Origin: Octopus sinensis
Lineage: Eukaryota
Assembly: GCF_006345805.1 (NCBI RefSeq)
Contig: NC_042998.1
Span: forward strand, 82,708,001-82,772,000
DNA: 64,000 bases
Reading direction: 5' to 3'
Position numbers and translations under genes: made by a program
In this document: positions 53,707 through 64,000 of the stretch, one piece after another
Layout of the letters: each line of letters opens with the position of its first letter
Numbering within the stretch: position 1 is the first letter of the stretch
The notes under the pieces: model-generated
Told to the model about the DNA's origin: nothing
Seen by the model: only the letters and a program-made list of their open reading frames with translations
Database searches by the model: none

Positions 53707-55880
53707 TTCATATAAGCACAACATGTTAGACTGTTGGAAAAGAAACGTTCCTAGCATCGGGCCACAACAAATAACTTTAGATGCCAATGACCTTCCTAAT
53801 TATTCTAGCTGTCTCTAATAACACCGTTTTCTGGAGCTGTACTAAACTAGAGTTTATGCTTATTTTCTCTATTCATAAGTTTAAATCGTTGGGGATACTT
53901 CCCAATGTACCTATAACTACATTCTACCTGCACTTTCCATAGTCTTTGTAACTCAATGTCTAGGTCCTGGTACTTTGCTATTTTCTCTGCACCCCTCATA
54001 TTGACTTTCTCATCATTCGGGACTACAGAGTCAATTATCTGTCACGTTCTATTCTCTCAGGCCTTCTAGCTTCTATTACTCTGTCCGTCTGAATGTTAAA
54101 GTCCCGTAACATCTTATATTTCTTACTCTTTAGTACTATTCTAGGTTCATGTTCACACCATTTATCAGTATGGCGAAATCCTAGGTTTCTACAAATCTCC
54201 CAGAGGATTACTCTTCCTAGGTTATCATGTCTTTTCTTGTATTTTTTCTGTGCCAGCATGCTACATTCACTTACTATATGAGTAACACTTTCCTCTTTTG
54301 ATTAACATAGCCTATATTGCGAATCTACCTGGTTTTTGTCTATCGTGTTTTTTATCCGATTAGTCCTCAATGCTTGATCTTGTGTTGCTACTAACAAACT
54401 TTCTAGCTTCGTTTTCTATAACTATATCTCACAATTACTGTTCCCTGTACGTATCTTTGGGAATCTACCATTCAAAGCCTTCTCTTGCCAGTCAGATAAC
54501 CTTGCTTCTTTTTCTGGTTTTTAACTTCATTTGGCTTTTTGGTTTCCTTATGTCCTACTGTGACTCTAGCAATTCGTAATAAACTTTCTTTACTATTACC
54601 TACATAGGAGGCTATATCTACTCTAGCTTACTCTACGCAGTCTTCTTCTAATGTTAACCCTTTCCCACCTTCCATTCTGGGTAAGTATAACCTTGCTACT
54701 CCTGCTCTTGGGTGAAGTCCTCCACTCAAATTGAATTCCTTCCTAGTCCTACTGTCTAGATTTGCTAATTCAGATTTTGTCCAATCTACAAAAGCTACAG
54801 AGTATCTAAGTAACGACACTGATCAAGTATTTACAACCTTCACTAGATTCGGGCCGTCTAGCTTTGACTTCATTAGCTTCCTCACCCTTCTGATGTACTC
54901 CTTAGATATAGAGCGTTGAGTTTCGTGTTATATTAATAGTAGAGCGTCATGTATACATTTTCCCCCTGCTCCGTTATATTATGTATCCAATACTAGAATA
55001 TAAAACTTCACTGGATTCAGACCATCTACCTTTGACTTCATTAACTTCCTCACCCTACTGATATCCTCCTTCTCAATTTTTGTTTTCATTTCAATAGTTA
55101 GTACTCGGTCAGATTCTAATACTCCTAGATATTTTTAGTGATTTTAATGTACGGCCATCTGGTAATCGGATGCCTTCACTGCTGATAACCTCTCCTCTTC
55201 TCATGACTAATATTGCACGCTTATCTATGCCAAATTCCATGCCTATACCTTTATTGAAGAGTCTTACATTTTGTATTAAGGAATGCTTACTAAAAAGCTT
55301 CAGATCATCCATGCAGAGCAAAGGGTTAATTTTTCCTATACTATTTCTGAACTGCCTTTGCCTTCCTTAATACAAAACTGAGGAGGATTAAGCATAAAAC
55401 AAATATTAAATGGGTAACGAGTCTCTTCAAAATTCTTCTCTTGGTATTAACTTTCCCTAATGCTGTGTCACCTGAGTAGAGATCAACTTCCCATTTCTTC
55501 ATGCTAAACCTAATTAATTCTATGTTGTCTGCAATATTGAATATACTCAAACATTCACTTATCCACGAATGTGGTATCATGTCATAGGCTTTCTTATAAT
55601 GTATCTATGTTATTGTTCAATTTTTCTTTCTATATTTTATTTAATTTCGAACTGCTTTGTCTATGTATAATAGATCTTGCGTTACTCTAGTCTTCTTCTG
55701 CAACCTTTCTGTTATTCTGGCAATAAATTCTTGCTGTCAATGTGCTCGAGAATGCTTTCTGAAAGCTTTCCTGCTAACAGCTTCCACACTAATAGAAATC
55801 AGGTGGTGGATCTATAATTGCAAGCAGTATTACCCTTGCTTTTGTCTTTCATAAGGGGTACTGTTCTCCATCTAGTCATA
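53707..55880 (-). mobile_element. R4/Dong-like LINE: RT, CCHC region and restriction-like endonuclease, degraded
   Basis: KDKSKGNTACNYR, YKKAYDMIPHSWI, MDDLKLF...GMEFGIDK, GGLHPRAGVARLYLPRMEGGKGL, YKKRHDNLGR...DFNIQTDRVIEARRP. Both ends abut (TAA)n. Confidence 0.92.
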
Positions 55881-55935
55881 ATAATAATCATTATCATTAT
55901 CATCATCATCATTATTATTATTATTATTATTATTA

Positions 55936-55975
<40 letters not shown>

Positions 55976-55976
<1 letters not shown>

Positions 55977-56330
55977 GACGTCGCACAGTATACAATATCG
56001 TGAGGTTGTTTATTGAAGATATTGTGTCTATTGTTCTGTTTGTCAAGTCACAACAAGTACCTCAGATAGACAGTACTTTACGCAATACGTAATGCCGACT
56101 TTTGTAATCCACCCAGATTATAGGGTATTTCTAAAGTTTCCAGATGTTTTTTCAAGCTGGGTAGTATTGAACCCAATGCTTCGATGACAATAGGAATAAC
56201 CTTTAAGTTTTACTCTCGTAGCTGCCACATCTTAGCGATCTTAATTCTCAGGTCTCCATATTTATCAACCTTTTCTCTTTCTTTTACGATGATATGTGAT
56301 CTCTTGGCACTGCCACGTCAAACATTAGGC
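55976..56330 (-). mobile_element. Second Dong-like 3' fragment (RLE C-terminus)
   Basis: KEREKVDKYGDLRIKIAKMWQL...KVIPIVIEALGSI. Flanked by (TAA)n at ~55885-55975 and ~56335-56525. Confidence 0.85.
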
Positions 56331-56348
56331 ACTATTATTATATTATTA

Positions 56349-56408
<60 letters not shown>

Positions 56409-56621
56409 CATCATCATTATCATTATTATTATTATTATCATCATCATCATCATTATTATTATTATCATCATCATCATCATCATCATTATTATTATTATTA
56501 TTATTATTATTGCTATTATTATCATTCAATTACTTGGCCTAATCGATTGCTTAATTATTCAGTTAATTATTCAATCAATCAGCTAGATTTTTACAAAGTG
56601 CTTTCGTGTCATTCGCGATCT

Positions 56622-56678
56622 CATCAATGACTTGCCCTCTCTACTTCAGGTCGAAGTAGAGAGGGCATGTCATTGATG
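56622..56678. other. 26-bp near-perfect hairpin at the centre of an old fold-back
   Basis: catcaatgac.tgccctctctacttc-aggtc-gaagtagagagggca.gtcattgatg, with one T-T mismatch. Confidence 0.9.
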
Positions 56679-57386
56679 GTGTTGCAGATAGCGACGAAAG
56701 GACTTTGGCAAACTGAGCTGATTGGGTTTGACCGAACGACTAATCCAAAAATCGATTAGTTAATTGGCTAAATGTTGAAACCAATTAACTGATAAAAGCA
56801 GTGAAATAGAACCAGTGCGTGTGTTTATTATTGGCATAATGACCCTCCCGAGATAAAATAAAATCTGTTTCAACACATAATCTTGCCAACTAAATACAAA
56901 AACTAAACTTACCAAAGATATTTACAAGCTAATAGTTGTCTGACCTCAGACTCAAAACTAAAATACACTGTGTATCTTTCTTACACACAAGATGCTTTTT
57001 ATGTCTCCAAACAGCAGAAAGGAGTCATTTCAAGCCACATTTATTTATACATTCTTAATATACATCGTATAACATTTAAACTTCATGTGTATTGAGTTAG
57101 CATATTCAAATTCTTCTCAAGCTCTTGAGGAAGTGTTAAACCATGTCTTACTATCAAACCAAACGCAGAATGCCAAGAAAATGTACTTTAATTTGTTGAG
57201 AAAAAATTAATAAGATCTTTGCCCTACAGGTATGCTGCTTCCTCGCTGTGTCTTTTCTTTCGCTATATCCAGTATGCATCATCTGTTCACATGATATTTC
57301 TTAATTAGCATACTCAGCTCTCCAGCAGACATGCAGACATACACAATACGTACGTATATACACTAACAAACGCACACATGTGTATG

Positions 57387-57467
<81 letters not shown>

Positions 57468-57479
57468 TATATATATAAT

Positions 57480-57669
57480 GGGAAGAATTCACAAAAAGCA
57501 ACAAAAGTCGAAGACGAATGGTGTAGACAACAAACAGATGTATTAGTTTAACGCTCGAGAAGGGAATAAAGTCTTTAACGTTTCGAGCCCACGCTCTTCC
57601 ACAGAAAGGAACACAGACAGAAACAAGAGAGAAAATAAAGAATGTGTAGTGGCTAGCGATCTATCATAG

Positions 57670-57672
<3 letters not shown>
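57480..57672 (-). mobile_element. pLTR-like segment with a variant HHR at 57573-57608
   Basis: Aligns with 26358-26545. Confidence 0.75.
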
Positions 57673-57721
<49 letters not shown>

Positions 57722-57726
<5 letters not shown>

Positions 57727-57934
57727 CCAGCATTGCTAGAAACAAGAGTCAAAACAACTCAAAAAGCCACAAAAAGCACTAACTCAATGATATATCTATT
57801 ACTTCATTTGTGAATTTGATCTTACTAAGGTAAGGTGCATTTCTCGCTTCCTCTCATTTGTCACCTCATTGAGTTAGTGCTTTTTGTGGCTTTTTGAGTC
57901 GTTTTGACTCTTGTTTCCAGCAATGCTGGTGCTA
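57722..57934. repeat. Fold-back element, 69-bp arms
   Basis: 57722-57790 / 57866-57934, about 4 mismatches. Confidence 0.9.
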
Positions 57935-58034
57935 TTTTGTACCCTTGTATATAAATTTGCCATGAGGTTTGAATTGCTAATGAGCCTCCTATATTATGTC
58001 TATGTATATATATGTATAGGGGATTGCAGGCCCC

Positions 58035-58695
58035 AAAAAGTATTAAATAGCTGAAGGATTAAAATTAACCAAAGGACATAATAAGTATATCTACCTGCTG
58101 GAAACAACAGCAGGTAGATGTACCTATTAAATCGTCGAAAATACACTGATGATAACTATATTATTGATTCTATTATCATTTTTAATTGTTACACTAGATA
58201 ATAATACTCAATAATATCATCGCAAATATTTTCTCCTGGATTATTTTCACACTGATGGCTGCCATGATTCGACACAAAACGAATTAGTTGCAGCGCAAAC
58301 TTTGACGTGATGGGTTGGTGCTCTCCATCATGGTAACGCGTGCTGAGGAAGGTGTGGCTACAATGCCAGTCCAGAAACTGGTCCTCGTGAATCCAAATAC
58401 TTGAATGTATGCTGAGCGATTGTCTTCACTCGTTTGACCTCAGACGATTGATTTCTGTAGTTATTATCAGTGTATTTTCGGCAATTCAAATAAGAGTTTT
58501 GACTATTATTTCTAGCAGGTAGATATACTTAGTATGTCCTTCGATTAAATTTAATCCTTCAGCTATTTAATTCTTTTTTTTTTTTTGACTTACAATCGCC
58601 TATATTATTGATTTTTTATTATCATTTTTAATTGTTACTCTAGATAATAATAGAATCAATAACATCTTCGCAAATATTTTCTCCTGAATTATTTG
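58035..58695. repeat. Compound inverted plus direct repeat
   Basis: ~58040-58160 is inverted against ~58460-58570, and ~58160-58245 is directly repeated at ~58603-58692. Confidence 0.75.
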
Positions 58696-58728
58696 CTCTG
58701 TATATATACATACACACACACACACATA

Positions 58729-58795
<67 letters not shown>

Positions 58796-58904
58796 GAATC
58801 CACCTTTACTTTGGTGGGTTCCAGAGTTAGATTTCTGAAAAAGATTCTTCATATTAAATTTGTAGCTTACTATTCTAAGTATTTTTTAATATGAAAATGT
58901 TACA

Positions 58905-58992
58905 AGTATAAGGTGTGTTATGAGCATTTATAGAAGGTTATGAGTTTATATAGGATACGTGTTCTATAAATGCTCATAACACACTTTATACT
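58905..58992. repeat. Short hairpin, 31-bp arms
   Basis: agtataaggtgtgttatgagcatttatagaa / ttctataaatgctcataacacactttatact, 1 mismatch. Confidence 0.9.
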
Positions 58993-59004
58993 TATTTTTA
59001 TATA

Positions 59005-59100
<96 letters not shown>

Positions 59101-59101
59101 G

Positions 59102-59140
<39 letters not shown>

Positions 59141-60109
59141 TATAATATATATATATATATATTAATCAGCTTATGTGATTATCAGAAAATGCCTACATAT
59201 GATGTCCTAAATCTGAAGTGTTCTTCAATTACTTAAAGTTATCATATATTAATACTGAGGAATGATATTTTCATGAAAGATGTATTGAAAAAATTATTAT
59301 TTGCAACAAATGTTGTAGTTACGAAGAAGAATCATTTGAGTAATTAATTTTGTATAACGCAGTTTTGTTATTAACGATTGCAATATTTATGTGGCAGGTG
59401 TTAGATCTCATTAACAACTTAAAATCACAGAGGATTTGCTTTCAAACTAAGATCTGTCTACAACATAATATGTTCGATGTGTGAGAGTGTATGTGTGTAT
59501 GTGAGTCTATGTATGTGTATGAGTCTATGTGTGCGTAGAGGTTGGCAGGTGTATGCGTGCGCGTGTGTGTGTATTTGCTTGAGTGTGAGTATATTTTTGT
59601 GAATTTACACATATGTGTATACATGTGAATGGATATGAATAAAGAAACAAGTCGGTCGTGGGTTTTCTAAGTTAAAATTCTTCTCTGTCTTCGAGCTTAA
59701 GCTGAGTTTCCGACCAAACACTGAGTTTGACAAAAATAAACTAGCATAATGATTATTTCAGTTTATCCACCGTCATTAGCTTAAGGAATATTTTTTGAAA
59801 AATATCTTAACGAGCGATCAGAGAAAGCAGTTGCAAGAGAGTTAAGTCCTGTTCATTGTGTCCTGTTTAATAAGCCCGGTTCAAGAGAAGGTAGCCCTGT
59901 TCGTTGTCCAACAGTATGAGTCAGATCAACTCCGTCACAAATTCTAACACAAACGTTATGATTTATACATTTCCGAGTATAGACCCCACCAGGGTCGGCT
60001 TACACCTCTATTGGAACCCATACATACATGTAACACACAAGAATTAGTTTAATTGATTCTGCCTCACCACAAAGAGTTTGTGACGGTGGGTGAAATTATT
60101 ATTAGAGAC

Positions 60110-60310
60110 AGACAGCACGTCGAACAAAATGCTTAGCAATATTTCGTCCGTCCTGCCTTTACGTTCTGAGTTCAAATTCCGCCGAGGTCGACTTTGCCCT
60201 TCGGCCTTTCGAAGTCGACAAAATAAGTACTAGTTAAACACTGGGGTCAATTTAATTGACTTTTCCACCCCTCAAAGTTGCTTGCCTTGAGCCAAAATAA
60301 GAAAAGAATA
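60110..60310 (+). mobile_element. SINE family A, diverged
   Basis: gttctgagttcaaattccgccgaggtcgactttgcc core. Confidence 0.8.
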
Positions 60311-60877
60311 TTAAAGACAGATGAAAATAGAATGATTTCTCAAAGCAAGAAACCACTGCATGTATATGTATGTGTGTCAACATATATTTATTCATGTGTG
60401 TGTGCATGCGTGAGTATACCTGTGTGTACGTGTCTGTATGTGTGTGTATGCGTGTAAATTCAAAATTTTCAATTAAAATTGGAACGGATATCAAAATCTA
60501 ATGTCTTATAGAGGCAGATGTCTTATAGAGGCAGATGTCTTATAGAGGCATACGCAATTATTATCGACTTAATATATCAAACATGACTGAAATAAGCAAA
60601 TCTACATCGTAACAGTGGCAAAGGTAAATTTTCATACGAAAGAACCAAATAAATAAAAAAAATAACAAAGATATTAATGTAGCGTTATTTACTTTAATAC
60701 CTCAGCAAATCGAAAAGAAGTGAAACCAATCATTATCAGATACATAAAATAAAGAAATATCTTTTTTGCATGTGAAAAACAGACACTGCATCTCCTTATT
60801 AATCCCTGTGGTAATTATCGTTGCTGTTTGATTTTTTCCTATAAGAACAGACTCTGTTCTTATATTTTCGCAAGAAT

Positions 60878-60946
<69 letters not shown>

Positions 60947-61102
60947 ATATAATATATACACACACACACACACACACACATACACACATATATATTGTTG
61001 TATTTCGAGATGGGCTTTTTTGGGGAGGGGGCAAAGAAACACATACACTATATATTTGTTCAGCACTCATTTATTACTGTTCTTATTCTAACTCATGTCC
61101 AT

Positions 61103-61147
61103 TGTCCGGAAATCTTTCGTCACACCTCTGTGACCTCTTCAGCGACA
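61103..61147 (-). ncRNA. HHR-like motif 3' of the PLE at 61540-62975
   Basis: Minus strand: tgtcg-CTGAAGA-g-gtcaca gagg tgtgac-GAAA-gatt-TC-cggaca. One extra nt before stem II and imperfect stems I and III. Confidence 0.55.
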
Positions 61148-61539
61148 CTTTTCGTGTCTTCGTGTCTGCGCTTGCTCCACTTCGTTCTGCTCTTCTATCA
61201 TGTGTATCGTTATGGGCACATGGGTTTGCGGCCGTCTGTGAAGTTATTGTATGTGTGTTTGTGTGTGTATATAGGTTCACTGCTTATTTTGTTTGTATCC
61301 ATGCCCTTAATATAGATTTATTTATTTATCTTATTGTATTCTTTTTCTGTTATCTATCTCTATTTCTTATATGTATCACAGGTATGTGCATATATGTCTA
61401 TTGTGTGTGTATTACCCTGTTTGTATCTGTGTTGTATTTATTATTATTTTTCCCTCTTTCTTCTCCTTCCTTCTGTCTTTAGTTATGTGGTGTGGTGTGG
61501 TTGGTGCGGTGGTGGGTGTTATCGTTCCAATCATATTTT

Positions 61540-62975
61540 CTATTGAGTCTGTCTACTAATATGTGTGTGACCTCTGATCTGTCTAAGTGTCGTGTCAGTT
61601 TTATGCGTCGATAATGTTTTAACCTCTATGCTATTAATCGAACCCCCATGTTCTGCCTGAGCTTGTTGGTAGAGCACTGACGAGTCTTTCTCTTCTTTGA
61701 GCTCTCGCCAGTATTCACCTATACGCTCCGCTATGCTGCGTGCAGTCTTTCCAATGTAAGTAGTTGTCATGTTTCTGCACCGTTCTTCAGAACATCATAA
61801 GCTATACACTATATACCTAACCTTACAGTAAACCCGTGGATTCATCCTACATACAACACAATTGTTCTCCGTACATGGGGACTTATCAAAAGGATAGGAT
61901 CTACAGATCAGGGCTTTTATAAGGACATCAGGCCTTCCTACTACTTTAATCCGTAGATTAGCCTTACTTAATGTTTTTCTAAAAAGGTGTGCTAGTTCGC
62001 AGCCAGGAGTAGCATCGATGAACATGACGCTCTGGTATTTTTTGCTGTCATACCATTAGTTGACCTTATCTATCTTTTTTCTGGTCCTTTCTGTACTGTT
62101 CCAGGATTTTCTCCTGTACGGCGGGCAGATCCCCTTAGCATCACTCTCTATGTTGGCTCTGTACTTAGTACTGGCTCGTTTGTACACTCTAAACCTGTCC
62201 TTTTGATTATAGCCAGAGGACTGCATGCGGTGAATGAAGTGTTATATGTGTCTTTCCAATTCCGTAGGGTCGCACATGTGAGACATTCCTCATCACTCTC
62301 ACCAAGTCTACTATAAGAGTGTTGAACTTGGCGTGGACTGCAATAGCTGTGTTCTTGTGAACAAAGTACTTAGAGGCCATGGGTTTAGTATAATGAGAAT
62401 GAAGGATCTGGACCTTACCGTTCTTGGTTTCCAGTCAGAGGTCCGTGTCTAAAATTGGTAGCTTATAGTTCGGATGCTTGTTAGGGTAGTCTATCGTTAC
62501 TTCAATGCTCTGGTGGATGAGGTTAGCTATTTTCTGGATGCTCTCCATAGTGTAGGCATCTAGATCATCAACATTGTTTTGTAGGGGTGTTTTGGCTTCT
62601 ATGTTGATATCATCCACATAGCGAGAGTACATGGTTATGGTTATGGACTTCTCTGTTAATTTCTCTTTGAGTCTCCTATCCCACCATACCATAAATAGGT
62701 TAGCCACATCATCAGTGATACTGGCACCGATGGCTACATCCTCTTGGGTCTATATCTTGTTATTAAACTTAAATATGTGGCCCTTGAGTGTGATCTTGGT
62801 ACTCGCACCCACCGCATCAGCGACCATCTTTCTAACCTGATCATCGTTTTCGGAGATTCGTATATCCTTGGTCCGCCAGTTTCATCTCTCTTTAGGATCT
62901 TCTTGGCCATAGAAGTTACAGTAGGGGGTATTACCGATCTAGTGGGGCAGAAACAACTAATCTCATGTTTATCTA
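61540..62975 (-). mobile_element. Penelope-like retroelement: RT followed by a C-terminal GIY-YIG
   Basis: ANLFMVWWDR...YSRYVDDI...KLPILD; FIDATPGCELA...C...C.VC...C; VYSL...YIGKTARSIAERIGE. Confidence 0.9.
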
Positions 62976-63349
62976 CGTAATCACTGTCACGTGTCATATG
63001 TATAACATAATATAATATACATATATACATACATGCATACACATATATACATATAGTACACACATATAGATATACATTCACACACACATATATACTATTC
63101 TTAAGCATAAAAGTTGTTGACAGTGATGTCGAAGATTCGGCCAGCTAAGACATCGCCGCACTGCGCAGTATAGGGAAGCTCATCAGAGTAATGTAAAAAA
63201 AAAGCAAATATCTATCTATCTGTCTGTCTGTCTATCTGTTTATCTGTCTGTCTGTCTATCTGTCTATCTGCCTGCCCACCTACATACATACATACATACA
63301 AGCTGAAGAAGACAGTAGACTTGACAAGAAGCGCAGCCTCTCTTGGACA

Positions 63350-64000
63350 CAAGACCACTACATCACATCACATTTTGTAGGCTATTCGCTTGCAATCCAG
63401 GAACAGGGGATTGCCACAAGGTACCTGGTGAACAAGAGAGACGGTGACGCTCCTGCAGTCCCAGGTGCAACTGCATGTGTAGGCTATGTTATGTTTCTAT
63501 GGAAGACATTATGCATGTGATTAGCAGCTATCCTAAAATGTCATCACGGTACTACCACCCTATGCGACACGATGTTGTTGCAAAAACAATTCAAAATGCC
63601 ATCTGCAAAAAATACTGTCCTGAAATAAACTTAGAAAATCCCTCTGTTATGAAATACATTCATAAATACAAACTCAAGGAATACTGGTGAAATATTCCCG
63701 TCAAAACTTCTGTCAAATGTAAGCATAACGGGCTGGATGTTGTTGTTTGGGACAGAGGGGCAAAGGTATGTACCATCATAGAGGTCAGCTGCCTTGCATG
63801 AATGAATAATCTCTTTGAAAATCAAAGAAAAGGAAGATATCTATGGACAACTGCTCTAAAAACTCCAGCTTCTATATACAGACTATGAATTCATATTCAT
63901 ACCAAAAATAATTGGAATACTAGGTTTTGTTAGTAAATGCTTGAAGGAGAATCTGGATAAACTAAGATTTTCAGAAAGAGAAATCGATCTTCTGATTCGT
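63350..64000 (+). mobile_element. R4-like LINE C-terminal region (CCHC and RLE), continuing past the window
   Basis: CRLCYVSMEDIMHVISS...RHDVVAKTI...KHNGLDVVVWDR...CTIIEVSC...KEKEDIYGQL. Confidence 0.88.

Noticed and set aside
60500-60550. Three tandem copies of a 17-bp unit (tcttatagaggcagatg)
   Set aside because: An ordinary local slippage duplication with no spacers or associated features.
63125-63195. Minus-strand CTGATGA followed by GAAT
   Set aside because: GAAA is absent and the stems are unconvincing.

Overview
AT-rich, microsatellite-dense eukaryotic DNA. The SINE families and repeat style point to a cephalopod, most likely Octopus; this is an inference from the repeats. I find no intact host protein-coding gene, tRNA or rRNA gene, or CRISPR array. 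Most ORFs in the track are translated (TA)n, (TG)n, (TACA)n, (GATA)n or (TAA)n repeats. The window is a transposon graveyard: a mariner with two frameshifts, about 25 tRNA-derived SINE copies of 4 families, and LINE remnants (R4/Dong, RTE, CR1, L1/Tx1 ORF1). It also holds four Penelope-like (PLE) RT/GIY-YIG fragments, two Helitron-like non-autonomous elements and a Charlie-type hAT MITE. The most notable signal is about 12 type-I hammerhead-ribozyme (HHR) motifs, some canonical and some variant or decayed. Several sit in short fold-back (inverted-repeat) elements, two of which carry the motif on both strands. R4/Dong fragments are repeatedly embedded in (TAA)n tracts. All coordinates were counted by hand. 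Motif coordinates should be within a few nt; ends of degraded elements are approximate.
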